DNA of 64,000 nucleotides from NCBI GenBank assembly GCA_964016885.1, contig OZ024742.1, forward strand, positions 365,242,001-365,306,000, read 5' to 3'. The number at the start of each line of letters is the position of its first letter. Position 1 is the first letter of the stretch. Origin of the DNA: Eledone cirrhosa. Lineage: Eukaryota. The notes below the pieces were generated by a model. It was not told the origin of the DNA and did no database searches. It was given only the letters and a program-made list of their open reading frames with translations. Position numbers and translations under genes: made by a program. This document shows, piece after piece, positions 12,825 through 26,700 of this stretch.

Positions 12825-12947
12825 TATATTGAACTCCTTTAACCATCTTTTGATCTTATATTATGCATACTCCAGTCCCACAAACTGTAGAGTGCTTCTT
12901 ATCCGATATCTGCATTGCTTTATTGTACTACAATAAAACTCACCTCC

Positions 12948-12986
<39 letters not shown>

Positions 12987-13097
12987 ATAATAATAATAAT
13001 AATAAATGTGAAGACTAAAATCCAAAGAGGGCTCGATAAGGATAAGTATATATCAAATATATAAGAACCCTTGAGCAAATATGTATATATATATATG

Positions 13098-13190
<93 letters not shown>

Positions 13191-13505
13191 TATCCAGACA
13201 CACTCACATATAGACAAACACACAAATATTTATGTTTGTTTATTTGCTTCCCGTGTTTTGTTTTTTTCCAATTTATCTCAGAGAAGATGATTGATAATAG
13301 AAGATATCGAACTGGGCGGACAAGTTTGTTAATCACTTGAAATGGATCAAAATAGAAATCAATAATCGATTAGATTAAAGATTTAGTTGAGACTGAGGCT
13401 ATTTGCATGTTCGCCATTATTATTATTACCAGTAATACACTGGGTAATTGCTGGCCTTGTGCCAAAAGTAGAAACAATTATTATTATTATTATTATTATT
13501 ATTGA

Positions 13506-13675
13506 AGGGCGGTGGATTGGCAGTATCGGTGGAGGGTCGGACGCCATGCTTTCAAGCATAGTTACGTCCCTTTACGATCTGAGTTCAAATCCCGCCGAGG
13601 TTGACTTTGCCTTTCATCCTTACGGGGTCGATCACATAAAGTACCATTGCTGGCCTTGTGCCTAAAGTAGAAACA
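13506..13675 (+). mobile_element. tRNA-derived SINE with (ATT)n tail; another 3'-end copy at 13434-13475
   Basis: A-box-like TGGCAGTATCGG, B-box GAGTTCAAATCCC (13581-93), 3' end GGCCTTGTGCC.AAAGTAGAAAC then (ATT)n. Confidence 0.75.
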
Positions 13676-13687
13676 ATTATTATTATT

Positions 13688-16600
13688 GTTCTTTGAGTCT
13701 CAGTCATTGATGTTAGTTAACTGGAAAGTTTGTTGAAAGGAATATCAAGCCGCTACCTGCAGCCTCAGATATTCAGGACGTATCGGAGGGTTCTTGCTGT
13801 TCTCAGCAAACACATGCCTTTTGAAGCGTTCCAAAAAGCGAGGGGGGGCCAACTTTCTTTAACCATTCCTGGAAACATTTTGAGATAGTACCTAGTGCGT
13901 CAATGACAATCGGGATCACTTTGACTTCATGGCAGTTCCAAATCCTTTTTACCTCCCACTTTAAGTCCTGGTATCGGTTAATTTTCTCCCTCTCCTTCTC
14001 TTGCACTCTCGTGTCGAATGGGCAGGCCACATCCACAATGAGGCACGATCTTTTTTCGTTGTCCAAAACCACCAGGTCAGGTCTATTGTGTTCCAGTTTC
14101 TTGTCCGTCTGTATCCTATAATCCCACAGCACCTTCACCTGATCGTTTTCTATCACCGACTCTGGCTTATGCTCATACCACTTCTCAGAATGTGGTAAAT
14201 TGTTTACTTTGCATAGGTGCCAGTGGATCACCCTGCCCATCACATCATGTCTCCAGCCCTTATAGTGAGTCTGGGCTAGGTGTTTACACTCGGATACAAT
14301 GTGAGCCACAGTCTCCTCTCTCTCTCCACAGATCCTGCACAGTGGGCTAGCCTCCTCATTGTAAATATGGTTTTTCTACCACTATGTTTTGAGGGCCTGC
14401 TCTTGCGCAGACATTAGCATTCCTTCTGTAGCCTTTTTAAGGTCTCCTCTTTTCAACCAGTTCCATGTCTGTGGATCTCTGAATTCAGTTTTCTCAAAGA
14501 AGGTACTATGAATGGATTTTTCATGAAGGCTGCTCTTTCTCCTTGTTGCTATTTCCTCCTTGGACATCCCCTGGTCTATTGTCCTCTCCTTCAGTACAGT
14601 TCTGAGCATTGGCTCCCTACTATCAGTCACGTATTTGTGTAGGTTGTTTTTCACCATCTGAACACAGTCCTCTATGCTGATAAGACCTCTTCCACCTTCA
14701 GATCTCCTTAAGTAGAGTCTATCGACATCACTCCTCTTGTGGAACATGTTGTAGATAGTCAATAGCTTCCTAGTCTTCCTATCCATTTCTTTTTGTTCAG
14801 CAACATTCCATCTCAGAATTCCCGCGCTGTACCTAATAATAGACACATCTCGGGAATTTACTGCACTTATGGCATTCATACTGTTCAGATGTGACTTTAA
14901 TACGCTCCTTACTCTCCGAATGTATTCAGATCTTATCAATTCCTTCATTTTTTTGTTCTTGATGTCATCAGCCTCCAGAACACCCAAATACTTGTATCTT
15001 TCTTCAGTGTCAATTTCCTTTATCATCTCACCTGTTGGTACCTGGATTCCGTTACTTCTGCTCAATTTACCACTCTTCATCACAAGGACTCCACACGTAT
15101 TAATACCAAATTGCATACATATATCGTTGCTGAAAATACGGACAGTGTCAACAAGCACACCCAACCCCTTCTCACTCTTCCCGAAGAGCTTAAGATCGTC
15201 CATGAAGAAGAGGTGATTGATGGTAAGCTCTCCATTTCCCAACTTGTATCCTGCTCTCACTTTTCTCAGTATAATGGTCAGGGACATCAGGGCAAGGACA
15301 AACAACACAGGGGACAGACTACCTCCCTGGAAGATACCTCTCTTGATCTTCACGTTTCCCAAGGATTCTCCAGCCGATGTTAACTCTGTTTTCCAGGACT
15401 TCATACTTTTGCCCAACAACTGTCTGATGTTATCTGCCACCCTGAAGATCTCTAGGCTTTTGGTGATCCAAGAATGAAGCACCATGTCAAATGCCTTTTT
15501 GTAGTCTATCCATCCCATGGCAAGACCAGTGTGTCTCCTCTTGTAATTCTTCATTACTATCTTATCAATAAGTAACTGGTCCTTTGTACCACGGGACTTC
15601 TTTCGGCATCCTTTCTCTTCGTCCGGTAACAAGTTGTTTGTGTGGAGGTGATGGTAGATTTCCTCAGACATAATGCTTGTCAACAGTTTCCACATTACGG
15701 ACAGACATGTGATAGGTCTATAGTTGGTAACATCATTACCCTTGATTCGGTCTTTCATTACCAGAACTGTGGTACCTTTCGTCAACCACTCTAGTACGTC
15801 AACTGACATCAAGCAGTCATTGAACATGGTTGTCAGTTTCGGGTGGAGGGATGTTATAGTTTTAATCCAATACCCCTACACACCATCTGGGCCTGGTGAT
15901 TTCCAGTCGGTTAGTTTTTTGGCCTGCCCCTTAAGAGTTTCAACTGTGATACTCAAATCAGTTTTTTGGTGTGCTTGTTCACTAATCTCCTTTTGTACTG
16001 TCTCAATCCACACTGCCTGGTCATTATGTTTAACATCCTGCTCCCATATTCCTCTCCAGAATGTCTTAGTTTGTTCCGCCTCAGAGATCAAGTCGTTGCC
16101 TCTTCCTTTCCCTTTAAGCTGTCCAAACAACATCTTCTGGTTGTTGTCAAACATGCGGTTCTGTCTATACTGACTGACTCTGCTCTCGTATCGCCTGATT
16201 TTTGCACTCTTTGCTACAATGCGTTGCTTCAGTTCCTCTATGATAATATTTACCTTTTTCCTCCTAGTTTTGTACTTTATTTCCAGTCTATTTTTAGTGT
16301 CTATGTTTTTTAGTGTCCCATTCAGTAGGGACTCAAGCTTTCCAATGTCATTTCTCATTTCCCTGATTTGACCATTCAGTCGTTTCTTCCACCAAGGTTC
16401 TGATCTTTCTTGTTTGATGTTTCCTCTCGCTTTTATGCCAAGTAATTTCCTCACCGCTTTTGCTGTTGCTTTGAGTATATTGTTGCACTGGTGAAGGCTC
16501 CTCGCCTCAAGGTATGGGATGACTTTGTTTACCTTAGATGTTGTTTCTTTTAACTTTTCCTGTCTACAAATCTTAGGTTCATAGGTTTCCCACTATGATT

Positions 16601-17290
16601 GTTCAATTCATCTACCACTATGTTTAGGATATCAACCAAATCTTGTCCTAGCCCGTCAGCATTCATGTGCTTAATGGCCGTATCTTTGTTCCAGGTATTA
16701 TTTATTTCAGCATTCAGATCATTGTCTGCTTCGGATGGTTACTCCGTTCTCTCAACCTCTTCACCTTCATTTCCCACTGGCTCGTTTGCCTGGCATACTC
16801 CACTCTCCATTTCCAACCTAATCTCTCTGCTCAGTTCCTCCAGTTCCAGCTCGCTTATCCACCCATTATTTCTTATTACCCGAGCCTGCCCGGCCAATTT
16901 TTGTTCATCTAATTTAAATAGACCAATCTCGTTCCAGATGTTATACATCCGTTTCCTATAGCCTTTCTCCTTGGGGTTACTCTTCAGGTAACATTGCATA
17001 ACAGTTCTATTCAATTCTTTTGTCCAGTTGGTTCTTGTCCCTTTCCTTCTTCTTCCTCCGACACCAGCACTATTTGGTTGACAGCCAGGTCCCTGCTGCT
17101 GAGCCAGGAAGCACCTGCTGGGTGAGAGTCTGTCACATGACATTCCAGTCTCCACTTCACCGTTATTCGAACTGTTTAGGTTTGACATTTAAACACTATT
17201 ATCGAGGATTGGTGAATGTATGGTTACATAACCACCGGTGATTTCATCACCTCCGGTGATTTTAGTCTGGCGCTATCACGCTTTAGACGA
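13688..17290 (-). mobile_element. R4/Dong-clade non-LTR retrotransposon (RT + CCHC + restriction-like endonuclease), frameshifted
   Basis: WKSPGPDG, NYRPITCL, GIFQGGSLSP, HLFFMDDLKL, CRIC..HIVSEC, HNRPDLVVLD..IVDVACP..EKINRY. The 3' end abuts (AAT)n. Confidence 0.92.
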
Positions 17291-17905
17291 ACATAAATAA
17301 ACAAACAAACAAATAGGTAAAAAAAAGAATAAGCATAAGTTTCATTGTAATCTAATGTTTGAATGTCTGACTTAGTTTTTCTGCTTGTCTGTCTGTCTGT
17401 TTGTTTTTCTTTTCTTTTTTCTTTTCTTTACGTTTTTCGTTGTTGCTGTGCTGTTTTGATTTTGATTTTTGGTTTTTTGATCTTTTGACCGGGTCATCAA
17501 TTCGGTCTATTTTTATCTTTTGATGCCTTCCTCTTTTAGTGGGGACACTACGATGCATGTCTTAGCAGGAGGTAGTGGGAGAGAATAGCGGCGGTAGCGA
17601 TAATGAGGCATTGGTGGTGGTGGTGGTGGTGCTGTGCTAGTAGTACTTAGCAGGAGGTAGTGGGAGATTATTATTATTATTATTATTATTATTATTGTTG
17701 GTGAAGCCACGCTTCTTATCGCCTCCAGTTTTTTCAACGTTTTACCTCGTTTTCAACCGTTCTAAACCTTTTATTCAAATTTTAAATTTGATAAAAGTTT
17801 AGAAGAAGTGAGCCACCTAATACAAGGGTACACTAGTAAATAATACGGCACCCCTTTACGGGGTGTCGTATTTGTGTAAAAATATTTTTTTTGTAAAATT
17901 TCAAC

Positions 17906-19438
17906 ATGGATAACACAAGAAAGAGAGAGAGCGCTGTCAGACAACACAGAGAGAGGGAGACTTTATCAGCATGTCAACAAGACAGCGTTCCAGCGGAGGT
18001 AAATATAAACGAAAATATTACAAAGGAAAAAAAGATTGTTACAGATTTAAAATTAACAAATATTTCTAACACAAACAACACCAACAATAACACCAACAAC
18101 AACACCAACACCATCAATAACAACGACAATAACAAAAATAACAGCGGTAAGGTCGAGCACGACAATAACAAAAATAACAGCGGTAAGGTCGAGAACGACA
18201 ATAACAATGACAATAACAACAGCCACAACAACAATAATAGTAGGAACAGTATCAACAAAAACAACAATAATAACAACAGCCACAATAACAGTAACAGCAG
18301 TAACAGTATCAACGAAAACAACAACAACAACACCAACAACTGTACCAACGAAAACAACAACAATGACACCGATACCTGTAATAGCGACCTCAGCACCACC
18401 AGCAAGACCAGTAGCGGCAACAATAGTGGTGCTGCTGAAAAAGGGCCCACTTCTTTTGCAGGTGTCGCCCGAAATATCGAGACAATGTTAGTCACAGAGG
18501 AGGAGATGGCAGTCGCAAGGGCCATGGTAACAAGAAGCGCAAATAGAGTTTCGCTGAAACCTCCACCCGATTTTTTCAAGGACCAGCAGCTACGGACGGT
18601 GACTTACCGCACCGTAAGCAAAATTTCACATCGAGTGAAGAGAGCCACGGAGGCTCAAATCCAAAAGGCCTTGGGGTGCGTCTGGGCACGCAAATCCCAC
18701 ATCACCCGAGGCAGAAAGTACGCCACAGTATACGTACTTTTCGCCAACCCCCAGGAAGCAAAGTCTCACTCTTTGGAAACCCTAAAGAGTGAGGAGTTAG
18801 TCTTGGTGCCCTCCTACTGCGGGCAGAAAATTGTGAGGGTCAAAGTGACCCAGGTCCCACCCGACGTGCCCATACCTTGGCTGGCCGCCTCTGTCCTTGC
18901 TGGAATCGAGAATAGGGCGACCATGCTGCAAGTAGAAAAAATAGGGAGAGAGAACTGGTCAGGTATAGGCATGCAAACGCTTATACAAACTGACCAGGAA
19001 TGTATCGACGCTATCCCCGATATCATAGACATCGAGGAAGGACTCCAACTCCCTATAAGTGTAGAAGGAAGACGGCCAAAATGTTATCTTTGTGGGTCGA
19101 AGGGTCACCTCAGGGCCTTTGGCCCGCAGAAGACAACGAAGAAGGCCCCTCTCCTTCCAATACCTGGTCCGCTGCTACCAAGAGCAGGGCAGGCAACAAA
19201 CGAAGAAGCCCCTTCCACGGTGAGTAGGAGGGCAACGTCCGTAGCACCCGTACCAAGGCCACGAACAACTAAAGCAGCATCATCAGTGGCGGAAACACCA
19301 ATAGCTACATTTGAAGTAGCTACACCAGCAACAAAATTGCCGAAGAGGGCTCCACTACCACCACCAACAGCCGTGGAGCACATACCCCTCCCAGACGCCA
19401 CAGAATCCGACATGGAGTTTGAGGCGGGAGTGAAGTAG
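17906..19438 (+). CDS. Tx1 ORF1 (Asn-rich N-terminus, degenerate zinc knuckle)
   Basis: 510-aa ORF with VEGRRPKCYLCGSKGHLRAF, upstream of ORF2. Confidence 0.75.
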   Translation: MDNTRKRESAVRQHRERETLSACQQDSVPAEVNINENITKEKKIVTDLKLTNISNTNNTNNNTNNNTNTINNNDNNKNNSGKVEHDNNKNNSGKVENDNNNDNNNSHNNNNSRNSINKNNNNNNSHNNSNSSNSINENNNNNTNNCTNENNNNDTDTCNSDLSTTSKTSSGNNSGAAEKGPTSFAGVARNIETMLVTEEEMAVARAMVTRSANRVSLKPPPDFFKDQQLRTVTYRTVSKISHRVKRATEAQIQKALGCVWARKSHITRGRKYATVYVLFANPQEAKSHSLETLKSEELVLVPSYCGQKIVRVKVTQVPPDVPIPWLAASVLAGIENRATMLQVEKIGRENWSGIGMQTLIQTDQECIDAIPDIIDIEEGLQLPISVEGRRPKCYLCGSKGHLRAFGPQKTTKKAPLLPIPGPLLPRAGQATNEEAPSTVSRRATSVAPVPRPRTTKAASSVAETPIATFEVATPATKLPKRAPLPPPTAVEHIPLPDATESDMEFEAGVK

Positions 19439-20022
19439 CAAACGGTCTGTCACAAAAAAACAAAAAACAAAAAAAACCTTAGATTCACCCTCCAAAAGCG
19501 AAGGCATACGAAGAGGGGTAAAAGCAGCAAGGAAACTTGCAGCAACACCACCACCATCACCACCACAAGTACCACTGACAACAACAACCACACCACCACC
19601 AGCATCACGAAAAATACCAACAACGCAAACACAAGACACACCAAACAGCAACAAGAAGAAAACAGCAACAAAATCACCCCTCCCCCCAAAAAGTACACAG
19701 CTATAAACATGGCAAAAAAAGAACTCATACAATATGTAAAGCAGCACACAGGCATCACAGAAAAAAAACTACTACACCCCACCAACACCAAGAACTCTCC
19801 CGACAAACATAAGCATCATCGAAATCTCAATAGAACAGTACAAACCTTGAAAACAAAAATTCAAAAACGCAGTTGGAGACTTCAGAGGGTCGGTTACGAA
19901 GAGGATATGCACTGACATCCTCTTGGAAACACCCATGACCAGCGAAAGGGACGGTTCTACTGACCCTTCACCACACGAACAAGGTAAGTAACCCTTTCTC
20001 ACTTGCCCCGTTTCCATCCAAC

Positions 20023-23000
20023 ATGGCTGTACTCAGAATAGGCAGTATAAATGCACGTGGCCTGGGGTTATCTTGGAAGCAGGGTCACCTGCTCAATGAC
20101 CTCAGGTCACTAAACATAGATGTGGTGGCCATCAGTGAAACCAGAATCTCCGAAGCACAAGCCTTCGCAGCGATCTTCGGCGGTTACGATGTATACGCAT
20201 CTCCTAGCCGTCCAGGATCGGGAGGAGGGGTTGCCGTCCCTTTTCGGAGAGGCTTGGATCTCGCGATACGGGCCATCTTCCTAGACCCAGAAGGTAAGTC
20301 GGTGGTGCTGGACGTGACCGGCAGCGAAGGCAATGCTTTCAGGCTAGTATCCGTCTACGCCCCAACAGGGGCAGGACGGCCAGATTTCTTCAGACGTCTA
20401 GAGACCTTTCTTGGAACGTCCCGCTCTTTAGTGTTAGTGGGCGACTGGAACGGTATCTTGGATGCACGCTGAGATCGTGTGGGGCTAGTGGATAAGGGAG
20501 GAGGGTGCAAGAGCCTCACCAACCTGCTCAGACGTTTTGAACTGTCTGACAGGTAACCACTGGATCACCCGAATGTGCCAATGTGGACATGGACAAACCG
20601 TATCGGGTCATCCAGATCGTATCTCGATAGGGTATTCTGCAGAGAACTAGATAAGGCTAGTATAAGTGTCCACAATTTAAAATAGTCGACTACACAGACC
20701 ACAAATTTGTGATCTGTGAGATCGACATACACAGACTTCATAGACAAGGGCCTGGTTACTGTAAGCTGAACGCGTCTTTCCCGGCGCGCAAAGCCTACAG
20801 AGATCGGATTAGCTTATTAGTTAAGCGGGCGTTGACGGGAGCGGTCGTCAACAACAGGTGGTGGTTCGACCTGGAAAGGGCAATTAAAGTAGAGTCGATT
20901 AGGTTTAGCAAAGGACTGGTGATAGAGGAAAATAGAGTAGAGGGAGAGCTAGTCAGAAAGCTAGAAGGGGCGTTTAGGACAGGCATCGCAACCGACGTGC
21001 TTGCGGCGAGATTGGCACTCGACCAATTCTTCAATGCAAAACACGAAGGCTGCGTTGTCAGAGCTAGAGCGCGTGCTCTGAAACACGAGGGGACAAAAGC
21101 CGTCCAATGGGCCCGGGTGGCAGAGGCGCGACGTGGCAACAAAGCCACAATTCGGTCTTTGTCTGACCAAAACGGGTGCGTGATGCTCGAACCCGAGCGG
21201 ATGTGTGAAGCTTTTCAGCAGCACTTTGCTGAACTGTTCGGGAGCGGCGGCGGCCCAGATCGGGGTATGGACTTCAGTGCATACCTCGACGGACTACCTC
21301 GGCTCTCGACGACCGCAACACAGTGTTGCGAAAAACCAATAACAGCCGGCGAAATACGGGAAGCGATGGCTAACTGCACAGGGGGTAAATCGCAAGGTTT
21401 AGATGGTCTGCCCTACGAGCTTTATGCATTTATGCCAGACTTGTTCGGTGACCTCTTGGCAGACGTCTACTGAAACTGGCAGCAGAACGGGAGCATTCCC
21501 AGTTTTGTGAGCCGGGGAGCAGTGGCACTGCTGAGAAAAGACCCGAACAAGTGGGATGTTATCGATAATTTCAGGCCCATAACCCTGCTAAACGCAGAGT
21601 TCAAGATTTTGGCCAAGGAGTTAGCAACGAGGTTGGCGCTTGTCGTCAAGGGTCTGGTGGGAGATGCGCAGACATGCGCCATTCCTGACAGATCCATATA
21701 CGACAACCACCACCTCATGCGATACATCATAGCGAGGGTGGTTAAGGAACCTGGCAAGGGTGGGGCCCTGATCAACTTGGATCAATCCAAAGCATTCGAT
21801 AGGGTCGACCATCGATACCTGGCGGCGGTCCTCGAGGCAGCCGGTTTCGGGCCCGTTTTCAGGGGTTGGATCGCAGCAATATACAGCGACATCTGCTCAG
21901 TTGTGAGGGTGAACGGTCATCTGTCGCAACCGTTCAGCATCATGTGCTCAGTCCGCCAGGTTTGTCCCCTCACGTCCCTCTGGTACGTATTGGTTCTCGA
22001 GCCGTTCTGCACAAACTGGGGGCGATGAGGGGCGTCCCACGCGAACTAGGATGCGGGAAATCCGAGTCGGCTTACGCTGACGACGTCACCGTGGCGGTGT
22101 CGAGCACCAGACACGTCCAGATGCTCGGCACCGCTCTCAAGGAATACGAAGCGGTGACAGGAGCAAAGATAAACCAGGAAAAGTCGGTGGGCTTGCAGCT
22201 CCGCACCAGGAGAGGCAAGTCCATGCCGTCCGACAGCGTCGTGGGGCGTTGGACGGACGGACCGGTTAAATTGCTCGGGGTCTGGTTCGGACCGGACCTC
22301 CAGATGGAGAAAAACTGGAACGAGGTGACGAGCAGGGTGGCCTCCCTCACCCAGAAATGGGCTGAGAGGAAGCTGTCCCTGAATGGCCGGGCGCAGGTGG
22401 AGAATGCGTACATCGCATCCGTCATCTGCTACCGCCTCACCGTCGTCCCTTGCTCCAGCCCAACTCTCACCAAAATGGAGCGCCTCCTCTTCCGCTTTTT
22501 GTGGAAGGGACGCGCTCCCTTGGTCAGACGATCTATCTGCTGTCAACACCCGTTGCGTGGAGGACAGGGCATGCCATGGCTGATGATGCGCAAACATGCG
22601 CTGAGGCTGCGCCATCTCTGGTGCTTCCTTGATGGTGAACGTGTGTGGTCGCCGTTCGCCAGGCACGTTTTCCCACAGCCCGTCTCCTTGACGGAGCTGC
22701 AGTCCTGGGTCAGAAAAACACCGAGGGATAGCGCTTGGAAACGGGAATGTCTCCAGGTGCTCACTGCTCTCTCCCAGCTGGGCACCAGTATCGGTGGAAC
22801 ATCCACCTCGGCGTTCTATAGAGGACTAGTGGAGGGGAAGAGCGACGACATTCAGGGAGAGATCCTGGGCGTCGAAGAAGATCAGCTGCTTGCTCTCTTC
22901 CGGAGAACTTTCAACCCGGGGCCTATGGATAACTTCCAAAAATGCCTGGCCTGGCAGTGCTACCGGGGAGCGCTGCCGGTTCGAGATAAGCTCTACAGGC

Positions 23001-23440
23001 GCGGAAGTGCCGTCAGCCGAACCTGTCCGAGATGCGCGCAGAGCGACGAAACCGTTGTGCACGCACTCGTTCAGTGCCCGAGCATTGCTGACTTGTGGAG
23101 CTATGTCGAACAGTTGCTGTCGCTTGTGGGACTGATCCGGTTGTCGACTGAGTCCATTGTGTAGATGGTCTCGCCGTCTTCCTTCGAGGAGGAGGGGCAG
23201 GCGGTTTCCATCTGCCTGGTGGCCATGGCGAAAGAGATTGTGTGGTGGACAAGGTTAAACGGATTAAAGACAAACACTTTCCTCTTCGGCGAATCCCTAA
23301 TTAACTTTTTCAAGTTTCACTTGAAGAAGAAAATCAGGGTGGAGAGGCAAGTGCTGTTTTCTAGCAAGTTTGTTGAAATGTGGGTGAATGTAGCGAGAAT
23401 GGTCCGAGTGAACGGGACCACTCTGAATATACGTCTGTAG
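20023..23440 (+). pseudogene. Tx1 ORF2 (AP endonuclease, RT, CCHC) with stops and frameshifts
   Basis: GSINARGL, ISET, VYAP, LVGDWN, TDHK, NFRPITLLN, DQSKAFDRVDH, AYADDV, CPRC..ETVVHALVQC. Confidence 0.92.
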
Positions 23441-23753
23441 TTTGAGAGATGGAAAAATTGAGAGAGGGCGCTTGCCCTGGTAGTCAGGGTGGCCGTGGTC
23501 TTTTTTGTGGTTTTCGCCACGAGTAACCCTCGGAGATTTCCTCCTATTGGGGAATTTTTCATTGTTTCAATTTTCATTTTATTGTTTATATATATATGTT
23601 TTATGTCTTTTTTCTTTTCTTATATAAATAATAAAAATATTTACACGCACAAAACCCACATCGTACCGTCCTGTTCCGTCTGTGATGTTTTTCTTGATGT
23701 CAGCCCTTGTGGCCAATAAAGAAATCATTATTATTATTATTATTATTATTATT

Positions 23754-26700
23754 ACAGTTGCATTTATCTTGCTTTATGTTCATACGAGTTATCACCAAGT
23801 CACAACCAGTGACCTCAAGAGACAACAAGGTCCGCCATGTTCAAGAAAGAACATACATACTCACACATGCATCTTTAGTGTTTAGACTTGTGATGTACTT
23901 ATATTGACAGAATCTTCCTTGGTGTATGGGCAGTTCCCATTAGTAATATCTTTTGTATTTCTCCTATACGCGGGTTTCCTGGGATTTGCGATAAGTAATC
24001 ATTAGACCCCTTAGGTATCATTCCCAGAGCGCCTACAACCACTGGTATTGTTTTAGTTCTCAATTTCCACATTTTTCAACTTTCTATCTCCAGGTCCTTA
24101 TACTTGCTCAATTTTTCAAATGTTTTTATAGATACATTCTTGTCTATTGGAACAGACATATCAATTAGCAGGCATACCTTCTTTTTAAAGTCCTTCACTA
24201 TTATATCAGGTCTATATGCATCTATTTTTCGGTCTGTTTGGATGCTAAAGTTCCACAAAATGTGATCTTTTTCAAGTATGGGAGGTGGTTGATGCTCCCA
24301 CCAATTCTTTTGATGGGGTAGGTCAAAATGCTTACACATTATCCAATGTATGTATTGTGCAGCTCTGTCATGCCTGTTTAGGTATTCGGTTGGAGCTATA
24401 GGACTGCACATTGAAATTATATGGTCAATGGTCTCTGGTTGTTTTTTGCACACACGGCATAATGGGCTGCATCCATTTTTTATTATGTTGGCTTGGTCAT
24501 TTTTTGTTGGCAGACACTGATCTTGTGCTGATATAATCAGTCCTTCAGTCTCCGATTTCAGTCCAGAGGATGCCAACCACTGATGGGTTAAAGTTTTGTC
24601 AATATCAGGATTGTTAGCTCGTTCTGGGTATTTTCCATACAGAGGCTTTTCTTGCCATTTCTTAGCCAGTTTCTGTAGCAGTTCTTTCTTTGCAGTTACT
24701 TTTACCTGCTTTGCTTTTTCTGTGTTTTCCATTTCAGCAGTAAATGGGACTTCTGAAATTTGTAGTCCATTACTGTATCTTTGTGCATCTTTTGTAATGG
24801 AATATGATCTTTTGATGCTTTCGTGTTTCAAAACGAGTTTGATCATCCAATCATGTGATTCCCTTAGATATGTAGATAATCCAATTGTTGCAGTTTTCAA
24901 CGCAATGTCTAACTGGACTAACCCACGACCTCCTTCTTTCCTAGGGAGATATATTCTATCTATATCTGCCTTAGGGTGATGCATTCTGTGCATGGTTAAG
25001 AATTTTCGAATTTTTGTATCGAGCCTACGGATCTCTGTGCTTGACCAGTTGATGACATTGTAACTGTAGGTTACTACTGGTATGGCAAGCGTGTTTATGG
25101 CATCGATCATATTCCTTGCATTCAATTCCGTTCTTAAGATTGCTCTTACTCTGCGGTAACATTCCTTCCTTATCCTTTCCCTCATTGTTGAGTGCTTGAT
25201 TCCGTCTCCTTCACAAACACCTAGATATTTGTAAGTTTTTTCTTGATCAAGTTCTCTTATCAGGTTCCCCCGATCAAGATTAATGTCTGAACTCTTCAGC
25301 AGCTTTCCTCTGGTGAACGTTGCTTTGGCGCATTTATCTAGTCCAAACTCCATTTTAATGTCATCACTGAACTGCTCCACAGTGGATAATAGCCCTTGCA
25401 ATTGTTCATCATTTTTTGCAAATAGTTTCAGGTCATCCATGTAGAACAAGTGATTAATGGTTTTGTCATAGACTTTATATCCATGTTTTGTTTCATTGAG
25501 CATTTTACTTAATGGTATAAGTGCGATGCAGAATAAAAGCGGTGATAAAGAGTCACCCTGAAAAATTCCACAATTAATATTAACTTCTCCAGCTTCCAGT
25601 GATTTTGTTTCACTATTCAAAAGGAGTGTCGTTTTCCATGTCTTCATACTGAATGACAAAAACCTCCTGACAACGGGGGATATTTTGAAAATCTCTAAAC
25701 ATTTTTCAATCCAACTGTGTGGCAAACTATCGAATGCTTTTTCATAATCTATCCAAGCAATCGATAGATTTTTGTGTCTATTATGACAATCTTCCAGTAT
25801 CATTTTGTTAACCAAAAGCTGATCCTTACAGCCATATGAGCCTCGTTTACACCCTTTCTGCTCAATGGGAAATAGGTCATTTGTTATATCAGGTGGTCAT
25901 ATGTGTATTCAGTTAGGACTGATGTTAAAATTTTATACATTGTGGTCAAGCAAGTTATCGGTCTGTAATTTTTGGGATTGTTTGTCTCATCATTCTTCGG
26001 AAGCAGGAATGTAATGCCGTTAACTAGCCATGATGGTATCTTTTCTGGCTCCTTAACTATTTCATTGTAAAGTTGGGCTAACAGCTCATGAGACTCTGTG
26101 AAGGCATTTATCCAAAAATTTTGTATTTTGTCTTTTCCTGGGGATTTCCATTTGCTGGTTTTTCTTAGAGCCAAGCGCAACTGTTCAACTGTTATGTTTT
26201 CCCATATTTGTTCCTCAAGGTGAGCTGTATCTTTCATGTGTCTGTCTATCCATGGGGCATGTATGTTATGAACTTTTTCTTCGGCCCGGATCTTTTCCCA
26301 GAATTCTTGCACTTCCTCCTTGGGTGGTATTGATTTAGCAGCTATTGTTGACTTACCAATTTTTCTGTAGAAGTTTCTTTGGTTGTTTTTTAACATATTA
26401 TTGTCCTTATAGAATCTAGATCGTTTTTCAAAGCGCCTTATACGAGCAGCTTTGGCCGACACTTTTTGCTTGATTATTTCTATCAGCATGTATATGTCAC
26501 TTGTTGATTTTATACTGTACTTTCTTTTCAATTTTCTAAGTTTAGTTTGTTTAACATGTTCACCTACTTTATAGTTTGTTAAAATTTCTATGTCAGATCG
26601 GAGAAGGTTTATTTGGCGATTGATGTTCTCTTGCCAAGTAGATTTCTTGTGGGAATTCCTTTGTTTTTTCATCTTCACTCCACATAAGTGAGTGGTGACT

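Larger units (their letters stand above)
9830..12948 (+). mobile_element. 5'-truncated Penelope-like element (family B) with ~1.3-1.5 kb inverted arm
   Basis: 9830-11350 is the near-perfect reverse complement of 11576-12863. GIY-YIG at 11407-11790, hammerheads in both arms, ~85-nt tail, (TA)n flanks. Confidence 0.9.
17697..23726 (+). mobile_element. Tx1-clade (L1 group) LINE, apparently full length, flanked by (ATT)n
   Basis: ORF1 plus APE-RT-CCHC ORF2, AATAAA at 23715, (ATT)n at 17668-96 and 23727-53. Confidence 0.9.

Noticed and set aside
17190-17290. Possible 5' ribozyme of the first Dong element
   Set aside because: Small hairpins and an ATCACCGG repeat are present, but I could not assemble an HDV-like fold.
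17974-19806. Leu/Val-rich minus-strand membrane-like ORFs
   Set aside because: Antisense of the AAC/ACC-rich Tx1 ORF1.
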